Assembly (NCBI GenBank): GCA_045595885.1
Contig: JAZOBI010000052.1
Location: 67,961-131,960 of the forward strand
From: Faecousia sp.
GTDB taxonomy: Bacteria > Bacillota > Clostridia > Oscillospirales > Oscillospiraceae
Length of the DNA stretch: 64,000 nucleotides
Reading direction: 5' to 3'
Positions 1 to 9,436 of the stretch are shown here, one piece after another (the first letter of the stretch is position 1; each line of letters begins with the position of its first letter). Both the position numbers and the translations under genes were made by a program. The notes below the pieces were generated by a model that had not been told where the DNA came from, made no database searches, and saw nothing but the letters and a program-made list of their open reading frames with translations.

Positions 1-31
1 AAATAGTGAACGCAACAAAATAAAAATTTTG

Positions 32-60
32 TTGCGTTCAAAGGATTTTTATGATATAAT
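32..60 (+). promoter_or_regulatory. sigma-A-like promoter for the recombinase, overlapped by a 15-bp inverted repeat
   Basis: TTGCGT-17 bp-TATAAT with extended TG. Confidence 0.5.
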
Positions 61-110
61 ACAGATAAATACAGGCCAAGGGTCTCCCGGGCCGGATTTT
101 GGAGGCTTTT

Positions 111-1118
111 ATGCAGCAATATCGGGATGCTCCTCAGATTCTGAAAGAATTCTTGGTTTATCACGAAACCATCAAAGGTCAGTCGCCCAGAACGATCTCA
201 GAATACTATTTGGACCTTCGGATGTTCTTACGCTTTATCAAGCTGATGCGAAATGATATGCCAATCAAAACACAACTGGATGATATTCCCATAAAGGATA
301 TTGATTTGAGTTTTATCAAAAGTATTACTACGTCCGATGTCTTTGATTTTCTTTCTTATCTTGCCAATGATCGGGCGCTGAATCCGGATTCCCTTGCTCC
401 GGATTATGGAATCGACGCATCCAGCCGTGCCAGAAAATTATCTGCCATAAAATCGTTTTATAAGTATCTTACAGTACGAACCAAACAACTGGATGAGAAT
501 CCTGTTGCCGATCTGGAATATCCAAAACTTCGTAAAAGTCTTCCGAAATATCTGACCATGGATCAATCCGCTGCGTTACTGCAAGCGGTTTCCGGGCCAA
601 ACGCCAAGCGGGATTATGCCATCTTAATGCTGTTTTTGAACTGCGGAATCCGACGCAGTGAGCTGGTCGGTTTGAATCTGACAGATGTATATGAGGATCG
701 AATCCGCGTTGTCGGCAAAGGCAACAAAGAGCGATTTGTCTATTTTGGCACTCCATGCCGGAAAGCCATTGACGCTTACCTACCCGAACGCAACAAAAAA
801 TTATTATCTGATAATCGGGCACTGTTTGGAAGCCGGGATAACAATCGAATCTCTGTAACCGCGGTTCACCGGTTGGTAAAAAAGGCGCTGCTGCAAGCCG
901 GATTGGATTCTACCCAATTTTCCGCTCACAAACTGCGCCATACTGCCGCAACCATGATGCTTTCCGGGGGTGTGGATGTGAAAACCGTTCAGGAAGTTTT
1001 GGGCCACGAAAACCTGAATACGACCCAGATTTACACCCATATTGAGAACACAGAGTTAAAAATCGCCGCAGAAGCAAATCCTTTATCGAAATTAGATTTT
1101 ACTGAGGATTCTGAATGA
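111..1118 (+). CDS. xerC: Tyrosine recombinase, XerC/XerD family
   Basis: Catalytic residues R (GIRRSEL), K (GKGNKER), HKLRH and LGH...TTQIYTH; N-terminal SAM-like domain; GGAGG at 101-105 supports ATG at 111. Confidence 0.85.
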   Translation: MQQYRDAPQILKEFLVYHETIKGQSPRTISEYYLDLRMFLRFIKLMRNDMPIKTQLDDIPIKDIDLSFIKSITTSDVFDFLSYLANDRALNPDSLAPDYGIDASSRARKLSAIKSFYKYLTVRTKQLDENPVADLEYPKLRKSLPKYLTMDQSAALLQAVSGPNAKRDYAILMLFLNCGIRRSELVGLNLTDVYEDRIRVVGKGNKERFVYFGTPCRKAIDAYLPERNKKLLSDNRALFGSRDNNRISVTAVHRLVKKALLQAGLDSTQFSAHKLRHTAATMMLSGGVDVKTVQEVLGHENLNTTQIYTHIENTELKIAAEANPLSKLDFTEDSE

Positions 1119-1154
1119 ATTATTAGACTTTATGCCATAAAATGTTACGGTTTT

Positions 1155-1175
1155 GGGAGGGGTATAACCCCTCCC
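1155..1175. terminator. Hairpin between convergent genes
   Basis: GGGAGGGGT-ATA-ACCCCTCCC. Confidence 0.65.
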
Positions 1176-1182
1176 CTATTAT

Positions 1183-2217
1183 TTATGTACGATTCATTTT
1201 TCTTTGTAGGCGCTCAATTTCTCTGCGCAGCACATCGGCGGATTCACCTTCTGTAAAGTGCCATTCCTTGTCGCAAATGTCCAGATCCTCCTGCAGTACG
1301 GCGATTGCTGATTTATAATCACCCATTCGTTCGTAATATTGGGCCAATGCTTCAAATGGATCCGTATAACGAGGCGCTTTTTGCACATCAATTGCTTTTC
1401 TGTAGTATGCTGCCACACGATCATTTTGTCCATCCCGAAGCAAATAGTCACCAATATTATGATAAACACACCATTCCTTCGGGAATTCCTTCTCCATTTG
1501 TTCCCAAATCCGGAATGCTTCCTGCCGTTTTCCTTCCTGCCAGGCAATCTTACCGCGATATAAAAGGACTCGATAACTATGATCAATTTGCGCAAATCTA
1601 TCGCAATAATCGTGGGCTTCCTGGATACGATAATCATCTAACAGCTGATCAATAATATCCATATGGGCATTACGGCAATTAGGATGCAGCCGAATAAACT
1701 CTTCCCAAAAACCAATCAAGGCATAATGGCTGCTGCCGTTCCAATCGGCAATCTTTCCATTCATAGCCCAATTCAGTTCACCATAGGCATTTCTGAGGGT
1801 CGGATCCCGACGGAGGGCTTCTTTGGCATATTCTGCAGCCCTGGATTGATGCTCACGGGCGATATGGTTTTCCATTTCTGCAAGCAATTCATGAGGTCTG
1901 CCGTTGGCTGGTTCCCGTCTGGCTTTCTCCAGTAAAAATTCTCTGGCCGCATCCACATCCGCCTGAGGAAGATACCGCACATCCCAAAGCACATTCTGAA
2001 TCCGCTCCATTCGGATCTCGTCAGATAGCGAAAACAATTCGTCAATGGTCACTCCAAAATAGGCGGATAGACTCGGCAGCAAGGCGATATCGGGGGTTGC
2101 CACTCCCCTTTCCCATTTGCTGACAGCCTGGGCAGTGATACCGAAATGCTGGGCCATTTCCTCCTGCGTAATGCCGCGACGAAGGCGAAAATTTTTGATT
2201 TGATTTCCAATATCCAT
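1183..2217 (-). CDS. XRE-family HTH regulator with C-terminal TPR repeats
   Basis: HTH_3 (ITQEEMAQHFGITAQAVSKWERG); TPR-like helices (VYHNIGDYLL...YYRKAI, EALAQYYERMGDYKSAI); start 2217 (or 2223) after AAGGAG. Confidence 0.85.
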   Translation of the reverse strand: MDIGNQIKNFRLRRGITQEEMAQHFGITAQAVSKWERGVATPDIALLPSLSAYFGVTIDELFSLSDEIRMERIQNVLWDVRYLPQADVDAAREFLLEKARREPANGRPHELLAEMENHIAREHQSRAAEYAKEALRRDPTLRNAYGELNWAMNGKIADWNGSSHYALIGFWEEFIRLHPNCRNAHMDIIDQLLDDYRIQEAHDYCDRFAQIDHSYRVLLYRGKIAWQEGKRQEAFRIWEQMEKEFPKEWCVYHNIGDYLLRDGQNDRVAAYYRKAIDVQKAPRYTDPFEALAQYYERMGDYKSAIAVLQEDLDICDKEWHFTEGESADVLRREIERLQRKMNRT

Positions 2218-2303
2218 ACGCATCTCTCCTTATTTTTTCGAGCTCGTGGGACCATCATAACAAATACTTTACAAAAAACAATGACCCGGATTTTTAGTGC
2301 CAT

Positions 2304-2494
2304 AAACCAACAGTTGCATAAATCTATGTAAAAATCAAAGTTTTTTTGAAATCAGCTGTGCGCAACCGGAAGTTGACATTTTTCAGTGTCAAAATATTGA
2401 TAATTCATCATTATTCACCCCCGGGAACATCATCAAATTTCATTGACATCTTCACCAAATAGTTGTAAAATATTACTATTGCAACTAATAGTTT
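2304..2494. promoter_or_regulatory. Four CAAC-N5-GTTG palindromic operators plus a sigma-A promoter
   Basis: AAACcaacaGTTG 2304-2316, CAACcggaaGTTG 2363-2375, CACCaaataGTTG 2453-2465, CAACtaataGTTT 2482-2494; TTGACA(2443)-17-TAAAAT(2466). Confidence 0.65.
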
Positions 2495-2514
2495 ACATCA
2501 AATGAGGCGTAATT

Positions 2515-2892
2515 ATGTCACTATCCGATAGAATAGTTCAATGCAGAACCGAAAAGGGGTTATCCCAAAACCAGCTTGCCAGGCTCATGGATGTCAGTCG
2601 TCAAGCTGTCAGCAAATGGGAAAACGGCCTTTCCGTGCCGGATGCCGCCAAGATTATTCGATTATCTGAAATATTGGACATCAGTTGGGAATACCTGGCC
2701 ACCGGGAGAACGAACGTTGCATCCCCCGGCTCGGCGACAGATCAGATCATCGCTGAACCCAATATTGAATATATTGAACGGGTCGTCGTTAAGCGTGTGA
2801 TTAGAAAACAATATCTTCGCAACCCTGTTGAATATGCGCTTGTATGCCTGGTTGGCATCGCAATTGGAATTGTCCTAGGATTATTGTTGTAA
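2515..2892 (+). CDS. XRE-family HTH protein with C-terminal transmembrane helix
   Basis: LSQNQLARLMDVSRQAVSKWENG; hydrophobic tail ALVCLVGIAIGIVLGLLL. Confidence 0.85.
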   Translation: MSLSDRIVQCRTEKGLSQNQLARLMDVSRQAVSKWENGLSVPDAAKIIRLSEILDISWEYLATGRTNVASPGSATDQIIAEPNIEYIERVVVKRVIRKQYLRNPVEYALVCLVGIAIGIVLGLLL

Positions 2893-2918
2893 AAAACGGT
2901 GCAACAGCACCGTTTTTT
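2891..2918. terminator. Bidirectional intrinsic terminator
   Basis: AAAAAACGGTGC-AACA-GCACCGTTTTTT. Confidence 0.75.
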
Positions 2919-2928
2919 TATTTAATCA

Positions 2929-4290
2929 TTACATCGCAACTTCAATTGCTTCCGCTAGATTTCGAACCAAATATACTTCCAATCCTTTGGGGATTTCCAG
3001 CTTTTCAGATCCAAATCTGGGTAAGATTGCCTTCTTAAAGCCTAAACGGACAGCTTCCTGTAATCTTTGATTCATCTGCGACACTGCTCGGATCTCACCG
3101 GTAAGACCTACTTCGCCGATAGCCACAAGATCATCGGCAATGGCACGATCCCGGTAGGAACTGGCCATTGCCAAGACAACAGGAAGGTCAGCACCGGGCT
3201 CGTCAAGACGAAGGCCGCCAATAACATTGATGTATGCATCAAACAGATTCAACTTCAATCCTGCCCGCTTTTCTGTAACAGCCAACAGCAGCGCTGCACG
3301 GTTAAAATCAAACCCATCCGCGGTACGTCGTGGTACCTGAAAGCTTGTCTTGCAGACCAATGCCTGCACTTCCGCCAAAACAGGTCGGGTGCCTTCCATG
3401 ACGCAGGCCACGCAAGTACCGGAAGCTCCCTTTGGACGGCCTTCCAGCAGCATTTGACTGGGATTCGGTACCTCCTGCAATCCGGAATCCAACATTTCAA
3501 AGACACCGATCTCATTGGTGGAGCCGAATCGGTTTTTGGCGGCCCGAAGCATCCTGTAGGAAGAATTGGAATCACCCTCAAAATACAGCACACAATCCAC
3601 CATGTGCTCCAACACCTTTGGACCGGCAATGTTACCATCTTTATTGATATGACCAACCACAAATACAGTAACTCCCCGGGATTTGGACAGCTGCATCAGA
3701 CGCATGGTGCAATCCTTTACCTGAGAAACAGAACCAGGAGAAGAATCATTGTCATCGGAGAAAATGGTCTGTATGGAATCGACGATCAAAACGTCAGGCT
3801 GAATATGATCCATAGAAACAAGCACATCATCCAGACGGTTTTCCGCAAGAATAAATAGGTTATCCGGCATCACGCCAACTCGCTCAGCCCGCAGTTTGAT
3901 TTGACGCTCACTTTCCTCACCGGAAACATACAATACCTTGCGTCCGGCGCAAAGCGCATTGCAAATCTGCAGCAGAAGCGTGGATTTACCAATTCCGGGA
4001 GCACCGCCAACCAGCACTAGGCTGCCTTCCACAGCGCCTCCACCCAAAACCCGGTCAAGTTCTCCAATTCCGGTGGAAAACCGAATCTCATCACCGCTGT
4101 CAACCTGGCCAACCGTTTTAATTTGTCTGGGAACAACGGCTCCGGGTTTTCTTCCCATACCGGGAGAGGAAGGGCGTTCCATATGCTCTTCCAGCGTATT
4201 CCAGGCGCCGCAGGCCGGACATCTTCCCTGCCATTTGGGAGTTTCTCCTCCGCATTCCGTGCAAAAAAAGACAGTTTTTGTTTTTGCCAT
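2929..4290 (-). CDS. radA: DNA repair protein RadA/Sms
   Basis: C4 zinc finger (CTECG...CPAC), Walker A GAPGIGKS, KNRFG motif, Lon-like C-terminal domain. Confidence 0.97.
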   Translation of the reverse strand: MAKTKTVFFCTECGGETPKWQGRCPACGAWNTLEEHMERPSSPGMGRKPGAVVPRQIKTVGQVDSGDEIRFSTGIGELDRVLGGGAVEGSLVLVGGAPGIGKSTLLLQICNALCAGRKVLYVSGEESERQIKLRAERVGVMPDNLFILAENRLDDVLVSMDHIQPDVLIVDSIQTIFSDDNDSSPGSVSQVKDCTMRLMQLSKSRGVTVFVVGHINKDGNIAGPKVLEHMVDCVLYFEGDSNSSYRMLRAAKNRFGSTNEIGVFEMLDSGLQEVPNPSQMLLEGRPKGASGTCVACVMEGTRPVLAEVQALVCKTSFQVPRRTADGFDFNRAALLLAVTEKRAGLKLNLFDAYINVIGGLRLDEPGADLPVVLAMASSYRDRAIADDLVAIGEVGLTGEIRAVSQMNQRLQEAVRLGFKKAILPRFGSEKLEIPKGLEVYLVRNLAEAIEVAM

Positions 4291-4348
4291 GGGAATTCTC
4301 CTTATCCTATTTTATCTACTGGCATTATAGCAATCATTTGTTTGCCAG

Positions 4349-5047
4349 TCAAGCATGGAGATAGGCGCTTAAGGAAGAAAGAATGATGCAGCATATATTT
4401 TTCTGATAAGCCGCGGAACGAAGTTTCGCCTCCTCCTCGGGATTGGACAGGAATCCACATTCTACCAATACGCCCGGAGTCTGAATATGCTTCATTATAT
4501 ACACATGATCCGCCGGCTTTTCCTGTCGGTGGCTGTCTGGATTCAACGACATAATAAAGTTATTTTGCAAAATTTTCGCAAGTTCCTGGCTGCCGGAGGT
4601 ACTCGCGTAAAACACCTGGGCGCCTGAATATCGGCTGTCCGAGAACGTATTTTGGTGAATGGAAATCAAAATTCCGTTTTCCGTTTCATTGATGATACGA
4701 ACCCGTTGCCTAAGATCCGACGCCTTTTTTTCCGCTATGGAATTTCCTTCTGTGTATACGGAAATATCGGTGGTGCGGATCATGCGGGTTGCATATCCCA
4801 TCAAATGACACAGATCCTCCAGACGTAACGCGATCTCCAGATTGATCTGACTTTCCAGGACCCCGCTGCAGGAGGTGGCGCCACCATCCAATCCTCCATG
4901 TCCCGCGTCGATGACAATGATTTGTTTTCGTTCAATGGGTGTATTTTCCGCAATTGTTGATACAGCCCGATCCGTTCCAATGGCCGCAAGGATCATCATA
5001 CAGCCGACAATCAGGTACAGTGGCCAAAATTTCTTCCAATATTTCAC
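4349..5047 (-). CDS. cwlD: N-acetylmuramoyl-L-alanine amidase (CwlD-like, spore cortex)
   Basis: Amidase_3 motifs IDAGHGG, SIHQN, LVECGFLSN; N-terminal TM; GGAGG upstream of GTG 5047. Confidence 0.85.
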   Translation of the reverse strand: MKYWKKFWPLYLIVGCMMILAAIGTDRAVSTIAENTPIERKQIIVIDAGHGGLDGGATSCSGVLESQINLEIALRLEDLCHLMGYATRMIRTTDISVYTEGNSIAEKKASDLRQRVRIINETENGILISIHQNTFSDSRYSGAQVFYASTSGSQELAKILQNNFIMSLNPDSHRQEKPADHVYIMKHIQTPGVLVECGFLSNPEEEAKLRSAAYQKNICCIILSSLSAYLHA

Positions 5048-5064
5048 AGGCAACACCTCCTTAC

Positions 5065-5118
5065 ATCCTATGATATGGGGTAAGCCGTATGCACAGAAAT
5101 CCCGTTGCCACATAGAAT
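5065..5118. promoter_or_regulatory. Overlapping divergent mother-cell promoters (sigma-E-like to cwlD; sigma-K/E-like to cotJ)
   Basis: Minus strand GCATAC...CATAGGAT; plus strand AC-16 bp-CATAGAAT. Confidence 0.5.
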
Positions 5119-5163
5119 GACATGGAACGACGGTTTCCACTATTTAGAATGGAGGAATGAAAT

Positions 5164-5601
5164 TTGGACCAGAAAAAATGGGAAAAAGAGGGAAAACTGG
5201 GACGCCTGCCGGCTATGGCACCCCTGGCCAATCCCTATGTACCGTTTCAGATGGAACGACCCCCGAAATATGAAGCCAGAAAAGGGCTTGTTCGGGGAAC
5301 ATTATTTCCGGGGTTGGATTTGCCCTTTATGGGAATGGTAAATAGGGATGAAAAGCCGGTTACACCACTATCAGAATTGCAGGCCTTAGGCTTTGCCATT
5401 CAGGAACTGGCACTGTATTTGGATACCCATAGGGATGACGCAGAAGCCCTTGAGATGTATCGTCAGTATCAGCAAGTCTATCACGAGGCTATGATGCAAT
5501 ACGCAAAAACAGAGGGACCCATGAGCCACGGAATGCCCAGTCACGAAGATTGTTATCGATGGCTGGATGATCCCTGGCCCTGGGAGTTTTCCAAAAAATA
5601 A
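5164..5601 (+). CDS. cotJB: Fused spore coat protein CotJA-CotJB
   Basis: N-half ANPYVPFQ...RGTLFPGLDLPF (CotJA); C-half ELALYLDTH...WLDDPWPWE (CotJB); directly upstream of cotJC. Confidence 0.85.
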   Translation: MDQKKWEKEGKLGRLPAMAPLANPYVPFQMERPPKYEARKGLVRGTLFPGLDLPFMGMVNRDEKPVTPLSELQALGFAIQELALYLDTHRDDAEALEMYRQYQQVYHEAMMQYAKTEGPMSHGMPSHEDCYRWLDDPWPWEFSKK

Positions 5602-5612
5602 GGAGGAGCGCC

Positions 5613-6209
5613 ATGTTTGTTTATCAGAAAAAACTGCAGTATCCCGTAAAAATCGACAAACCGAATCCTCGGCTTGCCAGAATCATTATCACGCAATATG
5701 GCGGCCCGGACGGAGAATTGGGCGCATCGCTGCGTTATCTTTCTCAGCGATATTCCATGCCTTTTGATGAGCTCAAAGGATTGCTGACCGACATCGGAAC
5801 CGAGGAATTGGGGCATTTGGAAATGGTGGGCGCCATCGTTCATCAGTTGACACGGAATCTGAAGGATTCTCAGATTGAAAAATCGGATTTCGCCCCTTTT
5901 TTCGTGGATCACACCACAGGCGTCTACCCCTCCTCTGCAGCAGGCACGCCCTGGAGCGCCGCTACAATGCAGGTCAAAGGCGACCCCATCACAGACCTGA
6001 CGGAAGACCTGGCTGCGGAACAAAAGGCCAGGACCACCTACGATAACATTCTGCGGCTTTCCGATGATCCGGATGTGAACGATGTCATCAAGTTCCTTCG
6101 GCAGCGGGAAATTGTTCACTTCCAGCGTTTTGGCGAAGCAATTGGACTGCTTCGCGAAAAATTGGACCAACGAAATGTTTATCATATGAACCCGGCAATC
6201 GATTTATGA
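5613..6209 (+). CDS. cotJC: Manganese-catalase-family spore coat protein CotJC
   Basis: QYGGPDGEL, DIGTEELGHLE, AAEQKAR, REIVHFQRF. Confidence 0.95.
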   Translation: MFVYQKKLQYPVKIDKPNPRLARIIITQYGGPDGELGASLRYLSQRYSMPFDELKGLLTDIGTEELGHLEMVGAIVHQLTRNLKDSQIEKSDFAPFFVDHTTGVYPSSAAGTPWSAATMQVKGDPITDLTEDLAAEQKARTTYDNILRLSDDPDVNDVIKFLRQREIVHFQRFGEAIGLLREKLDQRNVYHMNPAIDL

Positions 6210-6217
6210 TGAAAGAA

Positions 6218-6241
6218 GGACACAGCCAAATGGCTGTGTCC
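6218..6241. terminator. Hairpin between convergent genes
   Basis: GGACACAGCC-AAAT-GGCTGTGTCC. Confidence 0.65.
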
Positions 6242-6246
6242 TGGAT

Positions 6247-7101
6247 TTATGAATTGGCAAGATAAGTGATCACACTATGGGCTGCAACATTGCCCTCCCC
6301 TGCCGCCTTAACATACTGATAAGGACGTCCGGTACAATCACCACAAGCGAATACGCCCGGCAGATTGGTAGCCATGGAGCGATCTACGCCGATGTGGCCG
6401 TTTTCCGTTGATAAACCGGGCAGCAAGGTGGCTAAAGAAATGGCGTCGCGCAGGCAGAACAGCCCATCCACCGGCAGCTCACTGCCGTCTTTGAGCCGCA
6501 AAGCAGAAACACGATTCTCACCCAAAACCGCAACAGGGCGGCTGGAGTGAATCAATACATTGGAGGAGATGGGCTCCATATCGGAATACATAGGGAAACA
6601 ATGTACCGTTTGCGCCAACTGGGAAAGGAATTTCACTTCGTGTTCAAATCGCTTGGCGCCACAGAGAACAGCAATAGTTTTTCCTTTGTAAAGACCACCA
6701 TCGCAGGTGGCGCAGTAACTGACGCCACGACCCAAAAGCTCCGCTTCACCGGGCAAAGTTCCCACAGATACCACACCGGTAGCCAAAATGATGGTCTTTG
6801 CTTCGTAAAAATCAGGACCTGCCAACAATGCATAATGGCTGCCCATTGGCAAAATGGAGTTTACCATTGCATCTACGATCTTTAGGTCCATCATCCGGGC
6901 TTGTTCCCGGAACTTTTCAGCCATATTGGAACCGGAGATATCGGGAAGACCGGGAAAATTGCGGATCAGCTCAGCTTTGTGAATCTTATCGCTGAAATCG
7001 GGAGAACCAATCCAAATGAAATTCTTGTTGTGAATTCTCAAATTCAACGCCGCGGACAAGCCGGCAGGGCCTGTTCCTATAACAGCTGCATCATAGATCA
7101 T
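6247..7101 (-). CDS. Flavin thioredoxin reductase-like protein lacking the NADPH motif
   Basis: GTGPAG FAD motif, YCATCDG redox CxxC, GVFACGD; no GGGxxA or HRR motif. Confidence 0.85.
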   Translation of the reverse strand: MIYDAAVIGTGPAGLSAALNLRIHNKNFIWIGSPDFSDKIHKAELIRNFPGLPDISGSNMAEKFREQARMMDLKIVDAMVNSILPMGSHYALLAGPDFYEAKTIILATGVVSVGTLPGEAELLGRGVSYCATCDGGLYKGKTIAVLCGAKRFEHEVKFLSQLAQTVHCFPMYSDMEPISSNVLIHSSRPVAVLGENRVSALRLKDGSELPVDGLFCLRDAISLATLLPGLSTENGHIGVDRSMATNLPGVFACGDCTGRPYQYVKAAGEGNVAAHSVITYLANS

Positions 7102-7113
7102 AGGATTTCCTCC

Positions 7114-8115
7114 TTAGTTAAATCGAACTACAAATGTATTGGTAAACCAGTATATAAAAGCAGCGAAATTTTGACCCAATCTGCCGGGAAGACACATCCA
7201 CCGCAGAGCTGAGCGCTTGCGGAAATAATCGGCCCATTTTTCATCAAACTGTCGGCATTTCTGAAACATCCTTTCCATGTTTGCATCGGCCTCGCAGGAT
7301 CTGTGAAGTCTGCAATAAGATATGGCAATACCAAACATAAGAAAAAGTTCATGCCGCAGATAATGTCGCAGCCCTTTGGAGGGGATGTCATCCAGATGGC
7401 AGGCGGTAAAGCACAGCTCTGTAACCAAAATCTGGTGCATATAGCGCTTCATCATTACATTTTTCTGCACGGATTGATCGGGTCTGCCAATCCAATAACG
7501 GTACAAATCCATATCCAGATAATACAAACGATGAACATACGGAAGGGATTGGTAGACCATCAGATTATCTTCGTAAAATACGTGTTTTGGCAAAGGATGG
7601 GTCCATTTTTTCATAATTTCCGTGCGGAAGGTGCAGGAATGGATGGTAAGAAGCTGGTGCATGGAAAGGCGCTTTGTATCTTCCCATGTGAAGATTGAAT
7701 GTATCGGAAAGACATTGTGATAGCGAATGGAACGATCCTGTTTTCCGTCAGAATGCTGGTAGTAGTAATTGGTGACCACCAGGTCTGTATCCAGCTGCTC
7801 CAGCTTGTCCAGGAAAGAAACAAAATCCCGACTCAGCCAATCATCGCTGTCAACAACCTTAAAATATTTGCCGGTTGCAAGTTTGATTCCAACATTGATT
7901 CCCTCACCATGTCCGCCGTTTTCCTGATGAACCACACGAACGATATGGGGATATTTTGCTGCATAAGCATCGGCGATGGCGCCGGTATCATCCGCAGAAC
8001 CGTCGTCCACAATAATAATCTCGACCCGATCACCGCCGGGCAACAGGCTGTCAATACATTTGGCCATATATTCCTGGGAATTATAGCAGGGTACCGTAAT
8101 GGAAAGCAATTTCAT
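7114..8115 (-). CDS. Glycosyltransferase family 2
   Basis: SITVPCYN, IVDDGS, NGGHG, VDSDD. Confidence 0.92.
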   Translation of the reverse strand: MKLLSITVPCYNSQEYMAKCIDSLLPGGDRVEIIIVDDGSADDTGAIADAYAAKYPHIVRVVHQENGGHGEGINVGIKLATGKYFKVVDSDDWLSRDFVSFLDKLEQLDTDLVVTNYYYQHSDGKQDRSIRYHNVFPIHSIFTWEDTKRLSMHQLLTIHSCTFRTEIMKKWTHPLPKHVFYEDNLMVYQSLPYVHRLYYLDMDLYRYWIGRPDQSVQKNVMMKRYMHQILVTELCFTACHLDDIPSKGLRHYLRHELFLMFGIAISYCRLHRSCEADANMERMFQKCRQFDEKWADYFRKRSALRWMCLPGRLGQNFAAFIYWFTNTFVVRFN

Positions 8116-8126
8116 ATGCACGCCTC

Positions 8127-9224
8127 TTATCTTAATTCTTCCGCAAGACGAAGACCACGCAGCACCACAGCATCCATATCGTAGTAGCGGTACTCCCCCA
8201 ATCTTCCACCAAATACAACACCATTTTCTCTGTCAGCAAGAGCCCGGTATTTTGCGAAAAGGGTCTGGTTTACTCCATCGTTCACAGGATAGTAAGGTTC
8301 CTGACCGGGCTGCCATTCCTGGCTGTATTCCCGGGAAATGACGGTCTTTGTCTGGTTTCCAAATTCAAAGAATTTGTGTTCAATAATTCTGGTAAAGGGC
8401 GTTTCCTCATCCGTATAATTGATGACCGCGTTTCCCTGAAAATTATCCATATCCAGCGCTTCCGTTTCAAACCGAACGCTGCGGTAGGAAAGCGGGCCAA
8501 AGCAATAATCAAAATATCCGTCAATAGGACCGGTATAGATCACTTTATCCGCCTGGGAATCCCAGTAGGATTTGTTCAGCAAGTAGTCCCGGTTCAGTTC
8601 CACAGGGATACCGGAAAGCATGGCTTCTACCATTTTTGTATATCCGCCAACAGGAATTCCCTGAAACAAGGCATCAAAATAATTATTATCGAAGGTGTAG
8701 CGAACAGGAAGTCGATTGATGATGAAAGCCGGAAGTTCAGAACAGGGTCTGCCCCATTGTTTTTTCGTATAGCCTTTGATCAATTTTTCGTATATATCCG
8801 TTCCAACCAGAGAAATGGCCTGTTCCTCCAGATTCCTTGGCTCCCCAATACCGGCCTCACGCCGCTGACGGTCAATCATTTGTCGGGCTTCCAACGGTGA
8901 TGTAACTGCCCACATCTGATAAAAGGTATGCATATTAAACGGGAGTGAATACAACTGACCTTTATAGTTTGCCAAAGGAGAATTGGTAAAGCGGTTAAAA
9001 GACGCGAAACGGTTCACATAGTTCCAAGCCTTTGCGTCGTTGGTATGAAAAATGTGAGCGCCGTAACGATGAACCTGAATGCCTTCAACCTCTTCCGTAT
9101 ATATATTTCCGGCAATATGATCCCGCCGTTCTATGACCAGAACGGATTTTCCGGACTCATAAAGCTGCTGCGCCACGGTGGCGCCAAACAGTCCTGCACC
9201 GACAACCAAAAAATCAAAATGCAT
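8127..9224 (-). CDS. glf: UDP-galactopyranose mutase
   Basis: VGAGLFG, HRYGAHIFHT, EPYYPVN, GRLGEYRYYDMD; start moved to ATG 9224. Confidence 0.96.
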   Translation of the reverse strand: MHFDFLVVGAGLFGATVAQQLYESGKSVLVIERRDHIAGNIYTEEVEGIQVHRYGAHIFHTNDAKAWNYVNRFASFNRFTNSPLANYKGQLYSLPFNMHTFYQMWAVTSPLEARQMIDRQRREAGIGEPRNLEEQAISLVGTDIYEKLIKGYTKKQWGRPCSELPAFIINRLPVRYTFDNNYFDALFQGIPVGGYTKMVEAMLSGIPVELNRDYLLNKSYWDSQADKVIYTGPIDGYFDYCFGPLSYRSVRFETEALDMDNFQGNAVINYTDEETPFTRIIEHKFFEFGNQTKTVISREYSQEWQPGQEPYYPVNDGVNQTLFAKYRALADRENGVVFGGRLGEYRYYDMDAVVLRGLRLAEELR

Positions 9225-9436
9225 AGCTTGCACCTTTCTGTTTTTTCTGGGGAGAGTATAGCACAATCTCCCGAAATTTTCTACCCAAAATGAGAATCTT
9301 AATAGAAAATAAATATCTGAGAAATATTGCACAAGTATTACTAGTCGCAATAGAATGAAAAAGAAAACTGTAACGAAGTCACAGATGAAGAGTTCAAAAA
9401 AGAATAGAATGATGAAAAGCTGAAAGGAGTTTTACT

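Noticed and set aside
111-2892. Recombinase plus XRE genes as a prophage or ICE end
   Set aside because: The recombinase looks like chromosomal XerC/D; no excisionase, relaxase, phage genes or att repeat is visible, and radA follows directly. Sequence left of the window cannot be seen
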